Shown: one piece after another, positions 21,731 to 35,251 of the stretch | Layout: every line of letters begins with the position of its first letter | Numbering within the stretch: the stretch's first letter is position 1 | Assembly (NCBI RefSeq): GCF_030028105.1 | Contig: NC_092374.1 | Span: 122,711,589-122,775,588 of the forward strand | DNA length: 64,000 bases | Direction of reading: 5' to 3' | Origin: Mobula birostris | Taxonomy: Eukaryota | Position numbers and translations under genes: made by a program | Notes under the pieces: generated by a model | What the model saw: the letters and a program-made list of their open reading frames with translations, nothing else | Told to the model about the DNA's origin: nothing | The model's database searches: none

Positions 21731-22916
21731 TGTGATTGTATCCTCTGTCCGTTTGCCTTTTACAAGTAGTACAGGAATTACTGCCTGCCCACTTTGTGGG
21801 AGATAAGCAGAGCAGCTGGAGGAAATCCAGCAATGATAGGGAGAACATACAGATTCCGCGTGGATCATATGCCCTGGCTGAGCATATTCAATCATTTGTT
21901 CAGAGTTAACAATTTTAATATCTTTCATTATGAGTGTATTAGGAAAAAGCAAATCACTGAAAATTTATATTTCACAAGAGTTGATTGCCTCAATATAAAA
22001 GAACCATGTGTTCTGTAAGCAGAGGGCAAATAAATGCCACTTTAAAATATCAGCTCAAAAAACAAAGTTTTAAGCATTTAAATCCCACTGTCGTCATATC
22101 TGATTTTCGGCTTCAGTAAGAAGTGGGTGTATAGTGTTGGTAATACAGACACAACAACAAATTATCACATTAAGCACTTTTAATGTGGTGAAATATTCCT
22201 TGGCACTGTAGAAAAAGGGAGTCAATATTCATTCTTAAATTTGTTTGAGAAATACAAACATGGGTACAATGACGACTTGTTTTAAAATGACCCGAGTGGG
22301 AACGTGGAGCCTTTGTCCTCAATCAGAGAATGAAGATTGAGCAATATATTAAAAATAAAACTGGAGCTGGAGGAATCGTCAGGAGAAAAGGTTGAAGAAG
22401 TTGGATCAGGGATGAATTGCAAAGATGGTTTAAAATATACTCAGTTTATCAACTTGCAAATTTGCCTATTTCTTCTTGCTTATAAATTCGCTGTTCTTCA
22501 ATACCTCAAATATTTCAATGGAACCAAAATATAAAGGTGGTGTACATTTTCACGTGCTTCTACATCACATTCAACAAGGAATCATTGCAGAATGAGTCCT
22601 GATTGATGGAAAGGAAAGGACAAAAGGGCAGAGCTAGCAGCTCTTGCAGTTTCAGGGGACTTGCTGCGTGTGATGGAGTGGGTATTAGTGGAGGTGAAAG
22701 GGTTTGTCAAAGCATTAAATGCAGAATAATCTACAAGTTACATTATACATTGAGAGAAGCGGAAGATGAAACTGAATGCTGCATCACACTAGTCCTGGCA
22801 AATATTATGGAGGTTACTCTGTTGAATATGGAGAGTGGCACTTTCAGCCCTTTTTATCCGAGGCAAGGGTAGAATTCTCATTACTGCTTTCAACTGTAAC
22901 AGCCTCCACATACAAC

Positions 22917-23600
22917 AGATAGAACATAGAACAATAAAGTACGGGAACAGTCCCTTCAGCCCACAGTGCCTGTGCTGACCCATCTGCCTGTGATTTATAT
23001 CACTCCATTTTCTGCCTTTTAATGTACCTGTCTAAATATCTCTTAATTGTTGCAATCGTTTCTGTTCTACCACTTCCCTTGGAAGTGTGTATCAGGCACC
23101 TACCACTCCCCATGTAAAAAAAGCATCTCCTCAGGGTTTCCTCTTTTCACTGTAAAGCTATGCCTTCTAGTATTTTACTTTACTACCCTATACATCACTT
23201 AATATTAGAGTAGGTCACCCCTTAGCCTCCGAAAGATGTGAGAAAAGAATTCACATAGTGATGTCTAACCACTCCTTATAACTGATGCACCTTAATGCTG
23301 GCAACACCCTGATGTACTACCTCGGCATCCTTTCCAAAGCCTCCATGTCTGTCCTGTAATGGGGCTATGAAAACTGCACACAATACTCCGAATGAGGTCC
23401 AACAGATGCAGCATGACTTGTTGACTTTTATACTCAACACCCTGGTCAATGAAGGCAAGTATGCCTACCTACATCTACTGCTATTTCCATAGGGCTAGGC
23501 ATCTAAAGAAACCTCTGTCCATCAATGCTTCCATATTTCCCTCTTAAATTTGATTTTCTAAAGATCAATGCAACACACTTATCCATCTGTCATTCTTATG
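22917..23600 (-). mobile_element. Old CR1 3' fragment
   Basis: (ATAGAAC)n tail; AACTGCACACAATACTCC (LEYCVQF on the reverse strand). Confidence 0.8.
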
Positions 23601-23799
23601 AAGATCACCCTCCATCATAATGATCTCCTCTGACTGTGATGTCAATGCAACACCGATCGGCACTGCCTCCTGTGGAAGAGCACAAACCTACTGAGCTGGG
23701 AATGTATGTACTTGGCACCTTGGCTTTGTTATAGAGGATGGCTGTCATAAGTATACATTGTTCATTTAAATAGATTTGATTAAAGAGTTAAGAACATTG

Positions 23800-24292
23800 A
23801 CTGTACTGTGCAAAAGTCTTAGGCACACACACACACATATCTCCAGGGTGCCTAATTCTTTTGGACAGTACTGTATTTGTCAACGTGGAGTAGAGAGCAA
23901 GTTTGTGAACCTGGTGAGAGCAAAGGATGTTGGGAATAGTGAGGGTGGAGACAGATCCAGCCCTGTGACACCAGGCAAGGTCATTTAATTCCAAACAATT
24001 GGTTTATTTATAATTACAGAATGTGTCTCTGGTGCTTCTCACTCGCTCCCCTCTTCCTTCCCCTTTTCCCAAGCATGATTCCCCTCTCCCTGTCCCCTTC
24101 CCACTTCCACTCCACAATAGAGACTCATATCAGAATCAGGTTTATCATCACTCTCATATGTCACGAAATTTGTTTCTCTTTTTTTTGTGGCAGCAGTACA
24201 GTGTAATTTATAAAATTACTACTGTACTGTGCAGAAGTCTTAGGCACCTGATTGATATATATATGTGCCCAAGACTTTTGCACAGTACTGTA
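23800..24292. mobile_element. Composite Tc1-like MITE with four TIR copies
   Basis: CTGTACTGTGCAAAAGTCTTAGGCAC at about 23801 and 24222; inverses at about 23848-23874 and 24264-24292. Confidence 0.8.
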
Positions 24293-26554
24293 AATATATT
24301 TTTTAAATGTTTTACTTTTTTTTCGAATACTATGACTATGAGACATACGTATAGAGATGTTGGATGAGGGTATAAGTGGGCTTTGTCTTGATAGTAACAC
24401 TTAAATTAATTCATATCTGGTCTTATAGGGATAACAATCACTGAATTGGATTTCTTACTCTGCCACTTTAATAGCCTCCCATCTATGACAGCCCAAAGTC
24501 GTTGGCTGTTTCATGTGATTTATAAACGTGCATTCGTCTCAAGGACTTCAATTGTTGTTCTGGCACAGAACTAGTCAGAGAGGTCACCACTGGCACACTT
24601 GTATGTTCTATAACAACAGAACCACAAGCCACCAATAAAGGCCATTTTCAACAGAGTGATGCACCTAATGCCAGATTACAAGAGTAGAATAAGTCTTTCA
24701 GCCTCTCAACCCTGCTTTTCCATTTCATTATATCATGGGTAATCCGTGTCTGTGCCTTGCCTTCATATGATGCACCTAACAAGAAGCTAGGTCAGTTTTC
24801 AAATTTTGAAGTGACCTAGACTCAATATTTGTCACTGATGAACAAGTTCTAAACCCAGAAGTCAAAACTGACCTCCTTGACTGAGTTCATGCATGAAGAA
24901 TGACCTCTTGTTTGAACTATCAGAATTAAATTCCACCATGAGTCAATATCTTCAGCAAAAGGAGAAAATTTCAGGAAACAAAGTAAAAACATTAAACCTA
25001 ATGGCATAGTGCCATAATTGCATAACCCCGTGGTGTTAAATTAATGCCAACTACCTAAAACTGCATGGTGCTGATTTCCAATTATAACAGAGCTCTTGAC
25101 CTACCCCAGACAAACTCCTCTCTCAGTCTTTATTTTCTGCTCCCAGAAAAACAATCTGTATCTTTCCAAAGCAAAAGACAAAAATAAAAACATACCTATT
25201 TCATTTTAATTGTTTTTTATATAGCCTCAGGTCTTCTTGGACTTCTCTGTGCTTGCATTAGCCTGAATTTGTAATTGATGGAATTAGAGGAAGGGGTATC
25301 TATGCAGACAAAACACTGAACCAGTCTGGTCGTCTGGCTGAGAGTTTGGTATACAATTGCTTTTAAAAGAAAATTCAATCATTTGCAATTGGAAATGATG
25401 ATTCATTTGAATAAACTAAAGAATACCAGGTGAGCCTTACTTGATGCATACACTCAAAATGTTATCAGCCTTTGCAATAAAATAATGCTCAATAATTTGT
25501 ATCATAATACATAATTTTCCTCTGTTTGGATCTCAAATCAATACTCCGAAGCAGATTTTTACAGAATCTTGAAATCTTGCAACCATCTTCCTTCGCGCAG
25601 TGTCAATACTATTTTCTATGTGGGATTGGCTTCTCACAAAGTCGTACTAAACCAATAAAATATTTTGTTGGACAAATGTTGCTGGATTATAGTTTATATC
25701 ACTGTTTGAAATTAAATTGCAAACAATTATAGACAGGTCTCCGATTTAACTGCGCCTGACAGTGTCTCTCATCTATTTTGCCTTGCAGGCTAACAGTCAG
25801 AAACATTTCCCAGAGATTTGCTGCTACAAAGCAAGTCTTAAATGCAGAGAAACAGATGCTAGGAGATGTGAACAGTAGGGAATCTTAACATGTTATTGTA
25901 ATATAAAGAACAGTCAATTTGGACCCCATGTAAGTAATAATGCACCTTTGTATATACACGTATGCACATTCTTAACTATATAACATACTATACGCACTAC
26001 TTACTGAGTTATTAGGATTTTATTTGGCTCTTTCAGAAGAAGATCCTTGATGTGGTCACTTTGATCTTTTTGACTAATCTATTTAAAACTGGAAAAGAGC
26101 TCACATTTCAACCGGATGGCACCGCTTTGCACCTTTTATTGGGCCAGGTTTCTGATTATACTATGCTTGAGTAGATTAATTTCATATGAAGGAATAATCT
26201 GATGAAAATGTCACTAAACATTTGTATCTGAACAAAAACTGTCTTCCTTCCATTGGTAAAATAAAAGCAGATGAATGTGACACAAGAACATAAATGCTAA
26301 ATCTGAAAACCTCCCAATGGAGAAGTTGGCAAAAGCACATCCCTGTGTTGAATTGAGCTGTATCAACCCAGAACGTCCCAAATGAGCTCTGAGTGAGAAA
26401 ATATTTCTTCTGATTTCAATTCAGCGTTGCCATATGTGAGCACATTATGTGATGACAGATTTAGGTTTTACTGCAATGTGTAATACTCTATGAAAAGGTC
26501 ACAAAATCATATTTATAAACTTTGGCCTCATAACATAGTCGCTAAGGTCAAAAT

Positions 26555-26797
26555 TTCAGCTCAGGGCTAACATCTCTGACTGGTAAAACAAAATTGCTAC
26601 ATAAACAGCAATGAAGAATCCTTCTACACCTGAGTGTGACAGTATTCCTGAGTCTCCAACCGGTACATGTATGACTGACAGTAATGAAACCCAGGAGGGA
26701 ACTACTGACATGATGAAAGAAGCCCTGAACACCGCCAGAGATGGAGGACCTTCATTGCTGCCCTAAACAGCAGGGCATAGTGGGCAGTAAGTAAGAA
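26555..26797 (+). mobile_element. Bipartite RTE element (family of 42884-43231), 5'-truncated
   Basis: CAGCAATGAAGAATCCTTC; RQRWRTFIAALN C-terminus; (AGTA)n tail. Confidence 0.8.
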
Positions 26798-26888
26798 AGA
26801 TCAAAATTAAATTTTGCAATTGTTGTGCCTACAACTTGTAGACTACTGCAATGTTTCTTGTATATTGGGTATTGGTAACTATTATAAA

Positions 26889-27035
26889 CACAAGAGGCTC
26901 TGCAGGTGCTGGAAATCCAGGGTAACACACACAAAATGCTGGAGGAACTCAGCATCCAGGCAGCATCAATGGAGAGGAACAAAGAGCTGACCTTTTTGGC
27001 CGAGATCAGGACTGGAAAAGAAAGGGGAAGAAGCC
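26889..27035 (-). mobile_element. Penelope-like terminal-repeat fragment
   Basis: TCTGCAGGTGCTGGAAATCC...ATGCTGGAGGAACTCAGC; hammerhead region partly deleted. Confidence 0.75.
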
Positions 27036-27594
27036 ATAAACTGTTAACCTGTTCTTTTTCAGTTGAATAGATGAATAAGGGATTAGAATATTTTTATATG
27101 ATTTTCAGGTTGATAGATATCTTTGCCAAGGAATTCGCTACCTGGGTTGGATCACAAATTTCTTCTAAATAGAACCTTCATTCATTTTCTTTTTAAATAT
27201 CAAAATGATGCTCAAAATCCAATAGTTAAAGTAAATTTATTATCGAAGTATATATATGTCACTATATACAACCCTGAGATTTATTTTCTTTGGGAATACT
27301 CAGTAAATCTATATAATAATAACCATATCTAAATCAATGATTTTGGCTCTGCCAAAATATGAATAGTATTCTTTTAAAGTTTCCATTTAATCAATGAAAA
27401 AACAAATTTAGCATGCAAGTTTTAAAACCCACTGCATTATTATTTCAGCTTTGAGTATGAACTTAGCTCGCTTACATTTAATTACAAATTCTTCCCTTCC
27501 AGTTTTCCCAGTGAAGTTGTCATAATTTGACATTTCAGTAGAAAATTAACATAAACTTCTCAGCTGTGTAATTCAAAATATCTCAACATTTGGT

Positions 27595-28130
27595 TATAGA
27601 GTCATTGAGTCATACAGCAAAGAAACAGGACCTTCACCCCAAAGAGTCCATGATGAACTGTTATTCTACTTAGTCCCATTGACTTGCACTTGCATCATAG
27701 CCCTCCATACCCATCTCATCATGTACTTATCTAAATTTCTCTTAAATGTCGAAATTGCACCTGTATCCACCACTTCTGCTGGCACCCCATTCCACACTGT
27801 CACCACCCTCTGAATGAAGTTGCCCTTCAGATTCCATTTAAATATTTCACATTTCACTCTTAACCCATGACCTCTAATTTTAATCTCACCCAACCTCCGA
27901 GGAAAAAGCTTGCTTGCATTTACCTCATAATATTATATACCTCTATCAAATCTCCCTCATTCTCCTCTGCTCCAGGGGAAAAAAAAATTCTTAACCTATT
28001 CAACCTTTCCCTATAACTCAGGTCCTCAAGTCTCGGCAAAATCCTCGTAAATGTTCTCAGTACCCTTTAAGTCTTATTGATATCTTTTCTGTAGGTAGGA
28101 CCGGACTGACTAGAATGGCACGCAATACTC
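27595..28130 (-). mobile_element. CR1 3' fragment
   Basis: RGHGLRVK...FIQRVVTVWNGVP. Confidence 0.85.
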
Positions 28131-28187
28131 AAAATCTGAAACAAGTTTTAGGCTTTTTAAAAATCTGGATTCTGATTATTTTAAACT

Positions 28188-28535
28188 ATCATTCATTTGT
28201 TATGTGCTGTGTTGTATGATGTAAGCGATCGTGGTATTTTCATGACCACAACAGTTTTTGGTAAATTTTTCTAAAGAAGTGGTTTGCCATTGCCTTCCTC
28301 TGGGCAATGCCTTTGCAAGATTGGTGACCCCAACCATTATCAATACTACCTGGCTTCAGTGGTCACGTAAACAGGACTTGCGATATGCATCAACTGCTCA
28401 TACGGCCATCCATTACCTGTTCCCTTGGCTTCATGTGACTCTGAGCTACACTTTGCCCAAGGGTGACATGCAGGCTTGCGGAGGGAAGGAGTGCATTACA
28501 ACTCCTTTGGTAACAACCTGTCCCCACCCCGCCAC
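28188..28535 (-). mobile_element. BovB-like bipartite RTE element
   Basis: Reverse complement of 45390-45774, including GAAGGCAATGGCAAACCACTTC. Confidence 0.8.
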
Positions 28536-28536
28536 T

Positions 28537-29430
28537 CAGAATTGGAATCAGAATCAGGTTTATTATCACTGGCATGTGTCCTGAAATTTGGTAACTTAGC
28601 AACAGCAGTTCAATGCAATATGTAATATAGAAGAAGGGAAAAAAATTATAAATGCATAAGTAAATCAATTACAGTACGCGTATATTGAATAGATGAAAAA
28701 TCATGCACAAGCAGAAATAATATACATTTAAAAATGAGGTAGTCTCCATTTAGTGTTTAATGTCCATTTAAGAATCAAATGGCAGAGGGGAAGAAGCTGT
28801 TCCTGAATCGCTGAGTGTGTACCTTAAGGCTTCTGTACCTCCTACCTGATAACAACAGTGAGAAAAGGGCACGCCCTGGGTGCTGGAGGTCCTTAATAAT
28901 GGACGCTGCCTTCCTGAGGCACTGCTCCTTGAAGATGTCATGGATACTTTGTAGGCTAGTACCCAAGATGGAGGCAACCAAATTTACAACTCTCTGCAGC
29001 TTCTTTCAGTCCTGTACAGTAGCCACCCTCCCCCCCCCCCACCCCCTTACCAGAGAGTGATGCAGCCTGTCAGAATGCTCTCCACGGTACATCTATAGAA
29101 GTTTTTGAGTGTATTTGTTGACATACTAAATCTCTTCAAACTCCTAATGAAGTATAGCCGCTGTCTTGCCTTCTTTATAACTGTATCAACATGTTGGGAC
29201 CAGGTTAGATCCTCAGAGATCTTGACACCAAGGAACTTGAAACTGCTCACTCTCTCCACTTCTGATCCCTCTGTGACGATTTGTATGTGTTCTTTCATCT
29301 TACCCTTCCGGAAGTCCACAATCAGCTCTTTCATCTTACTGACATTGAGTGCCAGGTTGTTGCTGTGACACCACTCCACTGTTGGCATATATCGCTCCTG
29401 TACGCCCGTTTGTCACCACCTGAGATTCTC
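28537..29430 (-). mobile_element. Rex1/Babar-like LINE, RT C-terminal part and 3' UTR
   Basis: WCHSNNLALNVSKMKELIVDFRK, FKFLGVKISEDLTWS, FYRCTVESILTGCIT, RFRNSFFPSAI. Confidence 0.93.
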
Positions 29431-30099
29431 ACCTGAAAATAGAGAAATTAACCTGAAAATGTCGAAATCGGTTTATCAAATTAATGTTAGATCAAAATTA
29501 CTCATTTTCAGAATTACAGATCTAATTATAAGTTTATTTCAACTTGTAAGTGATGAATATTTTTGTAAAAGCAGTATTTTGAAAATCAATTCAAAAGAAT
29601 GTTAAAGTAAGTAGAATATATCAGCATTACATCAGTGTGAAACATTAAAAGCTGTATCTTTCCAGTTTGAAAATAATAATACAAAAAATTTGCTCAAGTG
29701 TGAATGCATGCCAATTAAAGTCTTTAGATTCTACACTCAATATGACTTCAATAACTAATGTGCAAAGAAGGTTTGTTTAGCTCAGCAAAATTTAAACATT
29801 AGTTGTTTTCATTGGGATTTTAATCATCTGCTGAAGGAAAACTGCCTTAGCAGTAAGTGGAAAATCTGAAGTAATGATGATTATCAGTAAGCATTGGACT
29901 CTGACTAACTGAGACCACACCTGGCAGCAATTTTTCAGCATCATATACAAATGGCATTGAATGTTTGGGAACATCATCATACATAGAGTAAACTAACATA
30001 ATTCTGACAAAGAAAGATCACACTGTAATGCTTGGCTAGAATTATTTCTGATCTTTTCTTATATGCAGAGCTCTAAAATATAAGAACAAAAGAAGTAAA

Positions 30100-30680
30100 A
30101 ATACAGTCAAAATGCTGGAGAAACTCAGCAAGTCAGGCAGCATCTATGGAAATGAATAAACAGTTGATGCTTCAGGCTGAGACCCTTCTTCAGGACTGGA
30201 AAGGAAGGAGGAAGACGCTAGAATAAAAAGACGTGGCCGGAGGGTAGCTAGAAGGTGAAGCCAGGTGGGTGTGAAAAGTAAAGGGGTAGAGAAGAGGAAA
30301 TCTGATAGGAGAGGAGAGTGGACGATGGGAGAAAGGGAAGGAGGAGGAGATCCAGGAGGAAGAGGTAGGCAGTTGAGAAGAGGTAAGAGGCCAGAGTGGG
30401 GAATAGAAGAAGAATGGAGGGTGTAGGACGAATGTTTTTCTCAGAAGGAGAAATCTATATTCATGCCATTAGGTTGGAGGCTACCCAGATGGAATATAGG
30501 GTGTTACTCCTCCACACTAAGGGTGGCCTCATCCTGGCACAAGAAGAGGCCATGTACTGACATGTCAGAATGGGAACGGGAATTGGAATTAAAATGTTTT
30601 GCCATGGGGAATTTATGTTTTTAGCAGATGGAGTGGAGGTGACCAATGAAGAAGTTCCACAATTTACAATGGGCCTAAAC
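30100..30680 (-). mobile_element. Penelope-like element 3' fragment (GIY-YIG C-terminus plus terminal repeat with decayed hammerhead at about 30162-30197)
   Basis: Homologous to 12185-12830. Confidence 0.85.
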
Positions 30681-30959
30681 AGTCGAAACAGGAATACGAT
30701 ATTCAGTCTATTGTGTTTAGTCTATAATTTAATATCCTGGTTAATCTTTTAAGTTAGTCTTGCTATCCTGCTCTAAACTTTTATTCTCATGATATTTGAG
30801 ATTCTGATGATACTTAAGACACGTCTACCTTTATTTTGAATAAACTGAGGAACTGAACATCTTTCTTTGGTGGGATCTTCATGGCATGGCACAAGTTGAA
30901 GCTCTCAACATGAAAGTAATAGATTTCTAGGTCTGATATTTCCCTATTAATAAGTCCCC

Positions 30960-31800
30960 CATCAATGCTAATTTAGTCCCCCAATATTGTGCATTTGAAT
31001 TTTGTTCTTTAATCTCTTATAAGTCACCTTACCAAAAGCCTTCTGAAAGTAGTAATATTCCACGTAGAGTGCATCAACTTAGCTACTCTGTCAGCTACAA
31101 CTCCAAAAATCTCTAACAGATTCGACAAAATGATCTCCCTTTTTTAAATACAAGAGATTCTGCAGATACTGAAAATCCAGAGAGACACCCATAAAATGCT
31201 GAAGGAACTCAGCGGGTCAGGCAGCATCTACGGAGAGGAATAAATTGTCGATGTTTCAGGCCGAGACCCTTGATCAGGAATTTATCAGTCCTGATAAAAT
31301 GTTTCAGCCCAAAACATCAGTTGTTCATTTCTCTCCATAGATGCTGCCTGACCTGTTGAGTTCCTTCAGCATTCTGTGTGTTTTGCTGCTTCATTTTTAA
31401 TCCATATTGACTCTGCTCAATCCTATTATTGTTTGCAAAATGTCTTATTACAGCTTCCTTAGTAATAGATTCTTGCAATTTGCTTGTGGTTATATCAAGC
31501 CAGCTGGTCCATAACTCCCTTGTTTCTTTCCCATACATAGTTATCAAAAAGTGGAGTTACATTTAATACCTTTCTTTCTGTGGAGACCATTTCAAAATCT
31601 ATGGAAATCTGGAAGGTGAGACCATGGGCTCTCCCCATAGACAGTATCATTGAAATACTTGAATGTGAGTCATAATGTCCCGAGATTTATTGCCTTTCAG
31701 TCTAGTTACTTTCTCCGATACTAACTTTTGCTAATGGCATTTATGTTGAACTTCTCATTCATTCTATGTCTTTGGCTCTCCACTATTTCAGGGACATGAT
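30960..31800 (-). mobile_element. Old CR1 RT fragment containing a fold-back Penelope-like insert (about 31149-31392)
   Basis: AAAAGCCTTCTGAAAGT (DFQKAF on the reverse strand); insert has inverted arms with two decayed hammerhead motifs at 31246-31322. Confidence 0.75.
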
Positions 31801-32069
31801 CCATTTTGGTCTAATTTTGGTACAAACACCTGAGATCTGGTTATAACACATAGCAGAATATATTATTTTCATAGTAAGGGAGTTGAAGAATTATAGTTGC
31901 TCATTGGCAGAGAAAACTATCCAGGGTTGATAAAATGATGTGCACAAGAGAGCTACCAAGATGGCACTGAGTGGAACATAATGCAAAACTGAGACTAGGG
32001 TTGGCGCTGCTTTAGTGCTAAAAGATTAAGTTAACTTGTCCAATATTGCTTAGTTTTGCACCTTCAAAG

Positions 32070-32552
32070 ATTAAAGATTCAAAGTACATTTATATCAAAG
32101 TATGTATGCAGTATACAACCCTTAGGTTAGTCTTCCCACAGAACTTGCCCGCATAGCTTCACATGAACCTCAATCTTTGCGCTGTAAGACTGAAAGATCC
32201 CACTCATCCATCCAGCATCCTATTTGACTTTCTACCATTATTTCTAACTTTCCTGCCTTTTACCAGCAGCCAGGAGACTCTGATGCATAATGACAGCGGT
32301 CAGGATAGGAAACAATTTCTTCCCTCAGGCCATTACGTTCTGAACTCCCTGCCACATTGCATTCGAAATGTCGCTGTTTACTTTGTTAATTTATCCATAA
32401 TTCATTTGTAGATATTCTTCTTACTTTCCTAAGTAATTGTGTGTTATGTTTACTACTGGTTCTTTACACTCCGGTCTGGAGAAACATAGCCTCATTTCAG
32501 GCTATACATATATGTAATTAAATGATAATAAACTTGACTTGACTTGACTTGA
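32070..32552. mobile_element. Two Rex1/Babar-like 3' fragments in opposite orientation (about 32070-32145 minus; about 32180-32552 plus)
   Basis: (TTCAAAG) tail; KDPTHPSSILF and (CTTGA)n tail. Confidence 0.7.
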
Positions 32553-33037
32553 AACACTCCATAAGGTGAAGACAGATACAATTCTTTAAGGAGAATTATT
32601 TCATAATGAATATTTGGAAAACTCAATTGAATTAATACAAACTCATCCGCTCAAAATATAAATGGAACTTCCGCTTCCTACTTAAATTTGTTTGTTTTTT
32701 GATTTACCTATCTTTCTAGATTAGTTTGAACTATAAAACAACTGACTAATGGCTCCAGCATTAGATAATTGACTTTCATCATATCAGTTATATCATCCCA
32801 CAAACACAATTTATAACCTCAATGGTTACAAGCTTTTTGCCAACCATGCAAAAAAAATCACTTTGTTATATTATCAAGCACTTAAAAAAACTTTCCTTCT
32901 GTAATAGAAGAAAGACCAAAAATCTCACAATCATATAACATGAATGGCAGTAAAATGTTGTTAGTTCATTGGACATTGCATCAGAATAGATTAAGATGTT
33001 ACATACCTTGCACAAGTTACAGAAAATTTCTTATAAT

Positions 33038-33305
33038 TGGGTCGGCATGGTAGTGTAGTGGTTTATAGTACAGGGGACCAGGTTCAATTCTTGCCACTGC
33101 CTGTAAGGAGTTTGTACATTCTTCCCATGACCATGTGGGATTCCACTGGGTGCTCCAGTTTCCTCCCATAGTTCAAAGGCGTACCGGTTGGTTGGTCATT
33201 GTAAATTGTTCCGTGATTAGTGTCAGATTAAATTGGGGAATTATTGGATGGACTGGCTCAAAGAGCCAGATGGGCCAACTCTGTGCTGTATCTCAATAAA
33301 ATAAA
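33038..33305 (+). mobile_element. tRNA-derived V-SINE-type element
   Basis: TGGTAGTGTAGTGG A box, GGTTCAATTC B box, family core. Confidence 0.85.
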
Positions 33306-34938
33306 ATTTTAAAAAATTGGAATACACAAAGTTCTGTTTGGGTTTGTTTTGTTCCTGTCAAAAGACCGCTTAAATGGAAAATATCCAGTGAAATATCTTC
33401 CTTCATCCAGACTAATGCTTTAAAATGTTAAATATACTTCATATAAGATGTTATCTATGTTCTATGTTCTATATTCTACCTGTTTAAGTGTTCAAAAAGA
33501 TGAAATCATTCCAGGTACTTTTTGTTGTTTGAGTCAGAAAGAACCAGTAAATGACATAATGGCATTTAATTTTATTTTAGAATCAGCACTGCAAGAACAA
33601 AGAGAAACAGCGCAGGCAAAAGGAAATGCTGCAGATCTAAAATATTAAAGAAAGTGGTTACACGAAATGTGTGGCAGGACCATCAAAGACCAGCTTGGGA
33701 AAGGCAGGTTATGGTTTTGCTATTTAACCTTTCATAACAGCGAAGGTTGTGCAGAAAGGTCAAACCGCAAATGTTGACCTAACATCCTACATGTGAAGCT
33801 GTTTTACCTATTGTGCATTTCCTGCATTAAAAAAAAGACACAAACTCTCCCATGAAGTGGCTTCTGCTATTCAAGTGACACCTTCCGTTGTGGCAGCCTT
33901 TTGACCAAAATTGCATTCCAGGCTGCTTCTGGAGCGAAACCTATCTGAAACCTCCTCAGTAGTTTGATCAAAATATTTTATTTTCAAAATAATTTAGCTC
34001 TATTAACTAAAAATCAGATTTACATATTATAAATGAATTTTTCATATTATTTAATAAACTTTGTCTGGTGGTTGCTTGCAGGTGTTTGGAGAATGGTAAG
34101 GCTGTCATGATGAAAACTAGACTTTCCTTTTAACCCACAGCTCAGGTATTCCCCTGAGGTGGGGGTGTGTGGAGGAGTGGGGAAATGGTTTAAATGGGCA
34201 TATTGTAAGGTTAATTAGTGGCTAATTGTTGAGAGTAATTTATGTGGACTGACAGCTGCTTCTAAATCCCCAGATTCTTCAAATAAAGGCCAGGTTGTCA
34301 AGGTCAGAAGAAAAAGCCCAGCAGGAAATGACTTGTTTTATTTCTCTACATTTTAATACTTTGAAGTAAGAACTTTAATTTCAACTTGGTTGCATTTGAT
34401 GTGGCCAGTAAACAAATATATCTCACGCTGAGTTGAAAGTGAGGCCAAGGTTCCGAGACTTTCTCAGTAGAACTCACTCCTGCCGAAAACTGGTGGGATT
34501 AACATCTAAGTAGGCAAGGAGTTAGATGGGAGCCCAGTACTACTGGGCAGCTGAGAGAGGAGTTCCTGATATAAAATTTATACTAGTAAGGGACATATTG
34601 AAAGCAGATGCTGACACTATATTTGGAACAGGATGTTAGTAATCTCCTTATGGAGTTTAGCCATTTTTGTCCTGAAACAAAGGTTGGTGGGGATTGAGTA
34701 GGTCATTGTGGTTATATTAGTTGCCTGGCATTCCAGAGATCTGAATTACCATGAGTTTATAATCTCACCACAACATCCAAGGAATTTAAATTTAGCTAAT
34801 GAAAAAATGTCTGTGCAAGGTGAGTCAAGCAGGAGTGGGTGTCTTCCCGATATTCTTTGCAGGAAATCATGCATATAATGGAGACTATGATCATGCATTA
34901 CTGAATGGCATTAAGAATGCAAGAATGGAAAGAATGCA

Positions 34939-34983
34939 CTATTTATTTATTTATCTATCTATCTATCTATCTATTTATTTATT
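34939..34983. repeat. (TATT)n/(TATC)n microsatellite (retroposon tail)
   Basis: Seen directly. Confidence 0.9.
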
Positions 34984-35251
34984 GAGTTACAATGTGGAAT
35001 AGGCCATTCTGGCCTTTTGAGCCACGCTTCCCAGCAATCCCCCAATTTAATCCACAATACTTTTAATTGACATCTCAAATTACAAGACACAGTAAAAAGA
35101 CAATTATAGAAAAGCAATGAATCAGGCCTTATTGTAATGCTTAATATTTAGAAATAAAATATCTTATTTTGCCTCCTTGCTTCCTTGTGTCTGGTCTGCC
35201 TGTATGTTCTTAGGCATCTTTTCTTCAACCTGGGCAGTTCCTTGGTAAAAA

